A program made the position numbers and the translations under genes. A stretch of 32,000 nucleotides of DNA from Halomicrobium mukohataei DSM 12286 (GTDB lineage Archaea > Halobacteriota > Halobacteria > Halobacteriales > Haloarculaceae): NCBI RefSeq assembly GCF_000023965.1, contig NC_013202.1:120001-152000 (forward strand), in the 5' to 3' direction. Below are positions 17,202 to 24,353 of the stretch, in pieces. The first letter of the stretch is position 1, and each line of letters starts with the position of its first letter. The notes beneath the pieces are model-generated. The model had not been told where the DNA came from, searched no databases, and saw only the letters and a program-made list of their open reading frames with translations.

Positions 17202-17435
17202 ATGTCACCGCCCGGACGTGAAGTCGAGTACACGGAATCCGACGTGATCGAGGTGTTCAAAGACCGCGACGACTACGCCGAGCCGTTGACGGCCTCCGAA
17301 GTCGCGGAGTTGCTTGGCTGTTCCCGACGGACCGCCCTGAACAAACTGCACGACCTCCAGGAGAGTACGGACCTCACGAGCAAGAAGGTCGGCGGCCGAA
17401 GTCGTGTCTGGTGGATCCCGGTCCGGATGGACTAG
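17202..17435 (+). CDS. Small winged-helix DNA-binding protein (77 aa)
   Basis: PLTASEVAELLGCSRRTALNKLHDLQESTDLTSKKVGGRSRVWW is a typical haloarchaeal small wHTH (helix-turn-helix followed by a K-x-G-x-R-x-W wing). A strong TATA box is present. Confidence 0.75.
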   Translation: MSPPGREVEYTESDVIEVFKDRDDYAEPLTASEVAELLGCSRRTALNKLHDLQESTDLTSKKVGGRSRVWWIPVRMD

Positions 17436-17983
17436 TCGAAGCCCCACTCTTCGGCCCGTCGCTTGGCCTCCGCTCTGGCCTGTTGTTTGATCGCGTCGAT
17501 CTTCGCTTCGTCGTCGAGAAACGCCTCGACTGCACCGGCGTCAGAGCGGTCGGGACCGTCGTCGTCGGCCGGCGTTTCCGTCTCCCGGTCGGCCGGAGCA
17601 GCGCGCCTGGTGCTGGCTGCGAGGGCGGGATCGCCAGCGAGACGCTCGGCTGGCATCCCGGGTGGCACTGCGAGTTCGGCGTGATCGCCGATCTGGTCCA
17701 GTGCCGTGTCGTCGAGCGCGACGAGTTCGACGTGGTAAGGTCCCGGCATCCCCAGGTCGGCCAGCGCACTGGGGCCGCCGCGATCCGTCCCGGTGTAGTA
17801 GGCCTGTTCTGGCACGCCGTCGCGAAACGTAACGATTCCGTGGCCGCCAGCGTCCAGCAACAGCGTCTCCTGGGGCTCGAAGACGGCGTAGCCGGTCAGG
17901 GACCGGTCGAGCGCGGCCGCCAGCGGATCGCGCGGATCGGCGACGACCCGAGAGTGGACCAGCCTGCCTTCGGGAACGTTCAT
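17432..17983 (-). CDS. Unknown-function protein, translationally coupled partner of the MinD-like ATPase
   Basis: 183 aa. It has an N-terminal globular part (LTGYAVFEPQETLLLDAGGHGIVTFRDGVPEQAYYTGTDRGGPSALADL...YHVELVALDD), a Pro/Ala/Asp-rich linker and a charged C-terminal helix ending EAKRRAEEWGFD. ATGA overlap with the minD stop (17980-17983). Confidence 0.7.
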   Translation of the reverse strand: MNVPEGRLVHSRVVADPRDPLAAALDRSLTGYAVFEPQETLLLDAGGHGIVTFRDGVPEQAYYTGTDRGGPSALADLGMPGPYHVELVALDDTALDQIGDHAELAVPPGMPAERLAGDPALAASTRRAAPADRETETPADDDGPDRSDAGAVEAFLDDEAKIDAIKQQARAEAKRRAEEWGFD

Positions 17984-18747
17984 GGCGAGTCGGGGATCAC
18001 AGCACTCCGGAACCGATCTGCGACCGCCTCGGAGCCGCGATCGCGAACGTCGATCCGCGTCGCCGCCCGCCTGAACGACGTTGCCGGCGGCGAGGACGGC
18101 GCGTGCGCCAGCAGTGGCCGGCCGGCCCGCCGAGCCTCACGAGCCGCCTCGCTGGCCGGCACCGTCGCCAGCGTCGGCCCGTCGAAGTACTGCTCGGTCT
18201 TGGCTGCGATCTCGTCGATCGCGTCGTCGTCGTGGACCTTGTTGAAGAGGAGTCCGGCCACGTCGGTGCCGTAGGAGGTCGCGTACTCCTGTACTTTGAG
18301 CGCGTCAGACAGCGCCGGAATCGTCGGCTGCAAGACGACGATGACGCGGTCGGCCAGTACGATCGGCAACACGGCCGAGCGACTGTCGAGGGCCGCGGCC
18401 GAGTCCAACAGCAGGATATCGGTCTCCGCGGCGAGATCGGCCACGACGGCACGCAGACGGGTCGGGTCGGCGTCGCGAAAGTCGTCCAGGCTCGTTCCAC
18501 AGGGGACGACCGTCATCCCGAACCGCTCGTAGGTCGCCGCTTCGACCGGTGCGTCGGCCGCGAGCACGTCGTGAAGCGTCGTCTCCACGTCTGCAAGTCC
18601 CGCGTGAAACAGCATGTTCGCCATCCCCGTATCGGCGTCGACGACCGTCACGTCGTACTCCTCGGCCAGAGCCATCCCCAGCGCAAGCGTGCTGGTCGTC
18701 TTGCCGGTCCCACCTTTGCCGCTCGCCACCGCGAAGGCCTCGACCAT
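17980..18747 (-). CDS. minD: MinD/ParA family P-loop ATPase
   Basis: Deviant Walker A FAVASGKGGTGKTTSTLALG, then VVDAD, then Walker B ILLLDSAA. The internal ATG 18747 (MVEAFAV...) is preferred to the ORF track start 18960. TTTAAAA lies 24 nt upstream on the minus strand. Confidence 0.85.
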   Translation of the reverse strand: MVEAFAVASGKGGTGKTTSTLALGMALAEEYDVTVVDADTGMANMLFHAGLADVETTLHDVLAADAPVEAATYERFGMTVVPCGTSLDDFRDADPTRLRAVVADLAAETDILLLDSAAALDSRSAVLPIVLADRVIVVLQPTIPALSDALKVQEYATSYGTDVAGLLFNKVHDDDAIDEIAAKTEQYFDGPTLATVPASEAAREARRAGRPLLAHAPSSPPATSFRRAATRIDVRDRGSEAVADRFRSAVIPDSP

Positions 18748-18808
18748 CGTACGATCGGCTGTTTCGCCTTGTTTTAAACAGTTGTGGATGTGGATCGAAT
18801 ACGGCAGG

Positions 18809-21622
18809 TCAGTCGCGCCGCCCGACAGCCACCAGCGAAGTCGCTGCCAGTCCGGCGAGGAAGATCGGCGGCAGTGGCCCCGAGCCACCGCCACCGGGTT
18901 CCGACTGGGAACTCTGGCCCGACGGCGGTCCGCAGGATTCTGCGGTGCCCGAACTCCCACCGGGGTAGTTACACTCGTCAGTCGAGGACTTGACGACGAC
19001 CGTCGAGATCGACTGTCCGGAGGTCCACTGGACGGCGACGACTTCCGACGGATCGTTGTCCTTGAACTCGGATGGGGTCACAGTCACGCCCATCGCGTCA
19101 CCGCCCTCTGGCGCGAAGGACCCGTCGCCCTGGTCCTCGAATTTGACCAGGAGCCGCTCGCCTTCGGGACACGGATCGTTGCCCGATCCCTGTTCGCCCG
19201 GGACACAGAACGCGACGAAGCTGATCGCCGCGAGATTCTGTGGCGTGTCGGTTGGCGTGTCAGTCGGCGTGTCAGTCGGAGTGTCGGTCGGAGTGTCAGT
19301 CGGAGTGTCGGTCGGCGTATCCGTGGGGGTATCCGTCGGGGTGTCAGTCGGAGTGTCGGTCGGCGTGTCGGTAGGGGTGTCCGTCGGCGTATCGGTTGGC
19401 GTGTCGGTCGGCGTGTCAGTTGGCGTGTCAGTCGGCGTGTCGGTCGGAGTGTCAGTCGGGGTGTCGGTTGGCGTGTCAGTTGGCGTATCGGTCGGCGTAT
19501 CGGTCGGGGTATCGGTCGGCGTGTCAGTCGGAGTGTCAGTCGGCGTGTCGGTTGGCGTGTCAGTCGGAGTGTCGGTCGGCGTGTCAGTCGGAGTGTCGGT
19601 CGGCGTGTCGGTGGGGGTGTCCGTCGGCGTATCGGTTGGCGTGTCCGTCGGCGTGTCAGTGGGGGTGTCGGTTGGCGTATCCGTGGGGGTATCCGTCGGG
19701 GTGTCCGTCGGAGTGTCGGTCGGCGTGTCAGTTGGCGTATCGGTCGGAGTGTCGGTCGGCGTGTCAGTTGGCGTATCGGTCGGAGTGTCGGTCGGCGTGT
19801 CAGTCGGGGTGTCGGTTGGCGTGTCGGTCGGAGTGTCAGTCGGGGTGTCGGTTGGCGTGTCGGTCGGAGTGTCAGTCGGGGTGTCGGTTGGCGTGTCAGT
19901 CGGGGTGTCGGTCGGCGTGTCAGTTGGCGTATCGGTCGGAGTGTCGGTTGGCGTATCCGTGGGGGTATCCGTCGGCGTGTCAGTCGGGGTGTCAGTCGGA
20001 GTGTCAGTCGGGGTGTCAGTCGGCGTATCGGTCGGAGTTTCGGTCGGCGTCGCAGTCGGCGTTTCGAGCACTGCGCAGTCGCTGTTCAGCACGTAGGCCG
20101 CTCCGGCGTCAGTTGCGCTACTGTCGTTCCGTGGCGCACCAACCGCGATGTCGTCGAAGCTGTCGTCGTCGAGATCACCAACGTCGTCGACCGCACGGCC
20201 CGCTCGATCGCCGGCCGCTTCGCCGCGGAAGATCGCGTCGGCGTCACTCAGCGAGATGTTACCCGAGAACGATTCGCTGCCGGCGACGACGTAGGCCGCT
20301 CCGGAGGCGTTCCCGTTCGAGTCGTTCTGCGGCGCGCCGACGAGCACGTCGTCGACACCGTCACAGGTCACGTCACCGGAGCCAGCCGACGAGACCGCAA
20401 CGCCCGCCCGGTCGCGGTCACCTTCGCCGGTCAGACGCACGTCGGCGTCGGCCAGCGACACGTCGCCAGACCTGTCTGGCTCGCCGTAGACGACGTACGC
20501 CGATCCCGCCGCGACCGTTCCGTTGGGATCGGTAAACGGTGCGCCGACGATCACGTCGGCAGTGCTGTCGTTGTTCACGTCACCCGCGTACGAGACCGAC
20601 CAGCCCGCGCGGTCCGCACCGTCGACGCCACGGAGTCGCAGGTCGGCGTCGCCGAGATCCCGCTCGCCGCCGACCGCGCCGTAGACGACGTATGCAGCCC
20701 CGCTCCCGGCCGGTCCGTCGGCGGCCGTGTAGTTGTTCGCACCGACGATCACGTCGGCCGTACCGTCGGCGTTCACGTCTCCAGCGTGCGAGATCGACCA
20801 GCCGGCCTGGTCGCCCGGCGACTCGCCGGTCAGCGTAGCGGTCGACTCCGCCCCGAGGTCGACGGTGCCAAACAGCTGCTCGCCGGAGACGAGGTAGGCC
20901 CCACCGGCGCTGTCGTTGGCGAAGGGTGCGCCGACGGCGACCCCGTCGGGACCGTCGAGTCCGCTGGCGTTCGAGACCGACCACCCGGCACGGTCGCCCG
21001 GCGAGTCGCCGATCAGCGTCACGTCCGCGTCGGCGAGACTTATCCGGTCGGCCATCGTGTCGCCGCCGTAGACGACGTAGGCCGCGCCAGCGTTGCTGGC
21101 CGTGCTGTCGTTGCCCGGTGCGCCCACGATCACGTCTGCGTAGCCGTCGTCGTTCACGTCACCCGCGTACGACACGTCGTAGCCAGCGCGGTCGGAGGCC
21201 GCCGCGCCGACGAGGGTCACGTCGGCGTCGGCCAGCGAGACCGTGCCAGGATCGGCCGGGCCGAAGAAGACGTAGGCCGCCCCCGCGTTGGTCCCGCCGG
21301 TGTCGTTCTCCGGTGCGCCGACGACGAGATCGTCGATTCCGTCACCGTTCACGTCGCCCGCGTTCGCGACCGACCAGCCCGCGGTATCGTTTTCGGCAGT
21401 GCCGACGTACTTCGTTTCCGCCTCCGAGAGGTTCGTCTCGCCGGAGAACCCACTGGGCGCTGACTGCTGGGCGACGATATCGTCCGTTCGCTGTGAGATG
21501 CTCGCGTCGTCACCGAGTGCTGTCACGCTCGCGACGATGGGACTCGCCGCGACGACCGCGGCGATCAAGACGACGACCGTCGCCCGTCCGATCCGCAGTC
21601 GGATCTGGGAAGTGTTACTCAT
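18809..21622 (-). CDS. Secreted/surface protein: signal peptide, seven FG-GAP repeats (integrin-alpha-like beta-propeller), a (TDTP)66 linker, a Cys-containing domain and a C-terminal sorting-signal-like hydrophobic tail
   Basis: N-terminus MSNTSQIRLRIGRATVVVLIAAVVAASPIVASVTA. There are seven copies of the pattern GDVN-DG--D-(I/V)VGAP...AGAAYV(V/F). The C-terminus ...GGGGSGPLPPIFLAGLAATSLVAVGRRD has a motif, a short hydrophobic stretch and basic residues. Confidence 0.85.
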   Translation of the reverse strand: MSNTSQIRLRIGRATVVVLIAAVVAASPIVASVTALGDDASISQRTDDIVAQQSAPSGFSGETNLSEAETKYVGTAENDTAGWSVANAGDVNGDGIDDLVVGAPENDTGGTNAGAAYVFFGPADPGTVSLADADVTLVGAAASDRAGYDVSYAGDVNDDGYADVIVGAPGNDSTASNAGAAYVVYGGDTMADRISLADADVTLIGDSPGDRAGWSVSNASGLDGPDGVAVGAPFANDSAGGAYLVSGEQLFGTVDLGAESTATLTGESPGDQAGWSISHAGDVNADGTADVIVGANNYTAADGPAGSGAAYVVYGAVGGERDLGDADLRLRGVDGADRAGWSVSYAGDVNNDSTADVIVGAPFTDPNGTVAAGSAYVVYGEPDRSGDVSLADADVRLTGEGDRDRAGVAVSSAGSGDVTCDGVDDVLVGAPQNDSNGNASGAAYVVAGSESFSGNISLSDADAIFRGEAAGDRAGRAVDDVGDLDDDSFDDIAVGAPRNDSSATDAGAAYVLNSDCAVLETPTATPTETPTDTPTDTPTDTPTDTPTDTPTDTPTDTPTDTPTDTPTDTPTDTPTDTPTDTPTDTPTDTPTDTPTDTPTDTPTDTPTDTPTDTPTDTPTDTPTDTPTDTPTDTPTDTPTDTPTDTPTDTPTDTPTDTPTDTPTDTPTDTPTDTPTDTPTDTPTDTPTDTPTDTPTDTPTDTPTDTPTDTPTDTPTDTPTDTPTDTPTDTPTDTPTDTPTDTPTDTPTDTPTDTPTDTPTDTPTDTPTDTPTDTPTDTPTDTPTDTPTDTPTDTPQNLAAISFVAFCVPGEQGSGNDPCPEGERLLVKFEDQGDGSFAPEGGDAMGVTVTPSEFKDNDPSEVVAVQWTSGQSISTVVVKSSTDECNYPGGSSGTAESCGPPSGQSSQSEPGGGGSGPLPPIFLAGLAATSLVAVGRRD
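19241..20068 (-). repeat. 12-nt coding tandem repeat encoding 66 consecutive Thr-Asp-Thr-Pro units plus 3 degenerate units
   Basis: The plus strand reads N-gg-N-gt-R-tc-N-gt repeated. Perfect units span 19241-20032 (792 nt / 12 = 66). TETP, TATP and LETP units occupy 20033-20068. Confidence 0.95.
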
Positions 21623-21892
21623 TACAGTAGACCAGCGCTGTGACGCACTTCGTTATGTAGACGGAACTAGCGGAAATCCGAGCCAACTGCGTCGAAATCA
21701 GCGGCTATCGTGGCAACTGATACGGACGGTTGTAGCGATGTCCCGGTGAGTGTCTCTCCGTCCGAGCGCTCACCGCTACGCAGCGACGACGTTCCGTATG
21801 AAACGGTACACACAGCGATAGTCGACCACGATACCGGAGAACGGTGATAGGTCCAGATTACCGGAGTCGGCCGGCGACACTCGATCCCGAAC

Positions 21893-22546
21893 TCAGAACT
21901 CCGTGCCCTTGCGCGCACCCTGGCCGTCGTCCAGCGGGTGGCGTTCCTTCGCGACGTTCGTGACGAGGTCGGCGTACTCGGTCAGGAACGCCGGGCGCTC
22001 GTGGCCGCCGGTCAACACCAGTTCGAGATCCTCGGGTGCCGACTCGATCAATTCGATCACGTCCGCGGGCGCGAGCAGGTCGCGGTTGGCGGCGTAGAGG
22101 ATCTCGTCGAGGACGAGCATGTGGAGGCCGTCTTCGGGCGGGCCGTCGAGGGCCAGCGGTGCCGAGAGGTCGGCGACGATGGCGGCCTCGATCAGTTCCT
22201 CCGCGCGAGCCAGCGCGCCCCGCGCACGAGCGGCGTGTTCGTCGTCGTCGCTGCCGTCGAGGAAGCCGTGCCATCCGTAGTGGCCGGCGTTCTCGTATGA
22301 AAAGCCCGGCAGTGCCGCGATCGCGTTGTACTCGCCCCGGACGTCTTCGACGCTGCTGGTCCCCCCTTTCATGAACTGTAACAGGTGGACCCGATAGCCG
22401 TGGCCGGCCGCCCGCATCGCCATCCCGAGCGCGGCGGTCGTCTTCCCCTTGCCGTCGCCCCACCAGGCCTGTACGAGACCGAAGTCGTCGGGTGCGCTGG
22501 CTGTGATCGGTTCGGCCCGCGGACCGCCGTCCGTGTCCTCACTCAT
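21893..22546 (-). CDS. cobA: Cob(I)yrinic acid a,c-diamide (corrinoid) adenosyltransferase
   Basis: GLVQAWWGDGKGKTTAALGMAMRAAGHGYRVHLLQFMKG...VLDEILYA...LVLTGG...ADLVTNVAKERHP matches the CobA/CobO/BtuR family pattern. The internal ATG 22546 is preferred to the ORF track start 23026. Confidence 0.85.
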   Translation of the reverse strand: MSEDTDGGPRAEPITASAPDDFGLVQAWWGDGKGKTTAALGMAMRAAGHGYRVHLLQFMKGGTSSVEDVRGEYNAIAALPGFSYENAGHYGWHGFLDGSDDDEHAARARGALARAEELIEAAIVADLSAPLALDGPPEDGLHMLVLDEILYAANRDLLAPADVIELIESAPEDLELVLTGGHERPAFLTEYADLVTNVAKERHPLDDGQGARKGTEF

Positions 22547-23264
22547 ACTCGTAGTTCCGGGGGGCGAACACATCGGCCTGACGATCGGTCGTGACACCGT
22601 AGCGTGCGTCCGCGACCGAGGCCGGCGGATCGTCGTCGGCGTACCGCGCCCGGAAACTGGCCCGGACCGCGTCGCGGACGCAGGCCCGCCCGGCGGACCC
22701 GACCGTCGTCGCACTGCCGGCGAAGTCGGCCGGATCGCCGTCGGTGGCGGCTCCGACGAGGACGGCGTCGCTCGTCGTCCCCGGAACGCCGACCAGCCGT
22801 GACAGCGTCGCGGCCTTGGCTTCGACGCAGGTCGCCAGCAGCTCCGCCAGCGTGCCGTCGTCGAGGGCCCGGTCGGTGCCGACGACGAGGTTGACCGTGC
22901 CGGGACGCCACGCGTCGTCGGCGTCGGCCGATCCGCGTCCCTCGCGGGAAGTCGAGTCGAGGGGCAGCGCAGCCGGATTCGAGAGCCCGACCGTCGCCAG
23001 GACCGTGACCGGTCCCACAGTGGCACAGCGGGCGTGAGTCACGTCGACGCCCGTGAGCAGACCGGGGCCGTCGATCTCGAATCCCGCGCGTCGGCGGCGT
23101 TCGGTGACGTAGCTCGACAGGTCCGTGCGGTCGAACCCCTCCGGAACGGTGACGTTGTAGACGGCGTCGGCGCGTCGATACCCCCCTGCCGGACCGGTCC
23201 CCAGCCAGCGGCTGCCGTCGCTGCGACACTGACAGACGCCGTCCCGAATCCGGGCCTCAAGCAT
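22539..23264 (-). CDS. cbiZ: Adenosylcobinamide amidohydrolase
   Basis: MLEARIRDGV...WLGTGPAGGYRRADAVYNVTVPEGFDRTDLSSYVTERRRRAGF...LLTGVDVTHARCATVGPVTVLATVGLSNPAALP resembles archaeal CbiZ as I remember it. It overlaps the cobA start by 8 nt. Confidence 0.75.
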   Translation of the reverse strand: MLEARIRDGVCQCRSDGSRWLGTGPAGGYRRADAVYNVTVPEGFDRTDLSSYVTERRRRAGFEIDGPGLLTGVDVTHARCATVGPVTVLATVGLSNPAALPLDSTSREGRGSADADDAWRPGTVNLVVGTDRALDDGTLAELLATCVEAKAATLSRLVGVPGTTSDAVLVGAATDGDPADFAGSATTVGSAGRACVRDAVRASFRARYADDDPPASVADARYGVTTDRQADVFAPRNYEYE

Positions 23265-24315
23265 CGAGGACGCCCAGCAGCTGCTGGTTCTCGTCGGGCA
23301 TCCGCACGGCGATCCGGACGTGTGCGTCCAGCCCGCGGAACGTGCGGGCGTCCCTGATCGCCATGTCGTGTTCCCGGACCGTCGCGAGCAGCTCCTCGAC
23401 CGTATCGCGCCCGTCGAGTTCCAGCAAGAGGAAGGGCGCGTCGGAGGGAGACACCCGGAAGCGACCGGCGAGCTGTGTCCGCATTCGCTCGCGCTCGGCG
23501 CTGACTCGCTCTCGGGTCGCCGCGACGAACTCCGTGTCACGCAGGCAGTGGGTCCCGACGGCGGCCGCCGGCCCGCTCAGCGACCACGCGATCCGGGCGG
23601 TGTCCAGTCGTTCACGGTGTCTCCCGGTGGCGACGGCGTAGCCGGCCCGCAGCCCCGGCAGCCCGTAGAGCTTCGTCAGCGCGCGGGCGACGACGACCCC
23701 CGGCGTGCCGGCCAGCGAAGGCTCGTCAGTGAACCCCAGGAACGCCTCGTCGACCAGCAGGGTCGTGTCCGCGTCGCGACAGCGCTCGGCGAAGGCCCGC
23801 AGTCGCTCGGCGTCGTAGCACTCGCCGGTCGGATTGTTCGGGTTGCAGACGATAGCGAGGTCGTGGCCGGCCGGGTCGGCGTCGAGGATCGCGTCGTGAT
23901 CGACGAAGGCGGGGGTAGCCCCCTGCAGGCGGACCTCGCGGGCGTACTCGCCGAAGCTCGGTGCCGGGACGAGGACGGAGCCGCCCGGTTCGACGCTCGT
24001 CTGGAGCGTGAGCCGGATCGCCGCCAGCCCGCCCGCGGTCGGAATGACTTCGCGGGCCTCGCAGTCGACGACCGTCGAGGCGGCGGCACGGAAGGCACAG
24101 TAGTCGTCGGGCGGATACCGGCGGGCCGACGCGAGCGACGACTCGTACACTCGGGCGGCCCCGTCGGGCGAGCACGGATTGGTGTTCGCGCTGAAATCGA
24201 GCACCCAGGGGTCGTCGGCGCTCCCGTGTGGTACTCGCCCCTGCTCGTCGACGGCCTCGTTCTGGCCACCGGACTCTCGTAGCTCGTCGACGGCGTCGGG
24301 AAGCATACACATCAT
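23257..24315 (-). CDS. cobD: L-threonine-O-3-phosphate decarboxylase (class I/II aminotransferase fold)
   Basis: FSANTNP, VCNPNNPTG, LVDEAF and the PLP-lysine region ARALTKLYGLPGLRAGY, in a cob operon context. Start is uncertain (ATG at 24315, 24312, 24306 or 24369). It overlaps the cbiZ start by 8 nt. Confidence 0.8.
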   Translation of the reverse strand: MMCMLPDAVDELRESGGQNEAVDEQGRVPHGSADDPWVLDFSANTNPCSPDGAARVYESSLASARRYPPDDYCAFRAAASTVVDCEAREVIPTAGGLAAIRLTLQTSVEPGGSVLVPAPSFGEYAREVRLQGATPAFVDHDAILDADPAGHDLAIVCNPNNPTGECYDAERLRAFAERCRDADTTLLVDEAFLGFTDEPSLAGTPGVVVARALTKLYGLPGLRAGYAVATGRHRERLDTARIAWSLSGPAAAVGTHCLRDTEFVAATRERVSAERERMRTQLAGRFRVSPSDAPFLLLELDGRDTVEELLATVREHDMAIRDARTFRGLDAHVRIAVRMPDENQQLLGVLDA

Positions 24316-24353
24316 ACCGGCCGTAACGCGGATAATTCTTTCGCGCGTGCCGA

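Noticed and set aside
18809-18900. Calling the C-terminus of the FG-GAP protein a canonical PGF-CTERM archaeosortase signal
   Set aside because: The motif reads PLPPIF, not PGF, and the hydrophobic stretch is short. I describe it only as sorting-signal-like, pending an HMM test.
19241-20068. Possible CRISPR array or satellite, because of the regular short repeats
   Set aside because: The period is 12 nt with no spacers, and the array is in frame inside a long CDS encoding TDTP. The 62-nt repeat at 4330-4484 likewise has only 2.3 copies and no unique spacers of CRISPR size. No cas genes are present.
18614-21463. 949-aa ORF on the plus strand with a striking (GRRVSRSV)n repeat
   Set aside because: It is the mirror image of the TDTP repeat and FG-GAP gene on the minus strand. 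It is extremely basic, whereas the minus-strand frame gives a coherent signal peptide, seven FG-GAP repeats and a C-terminal anchor.
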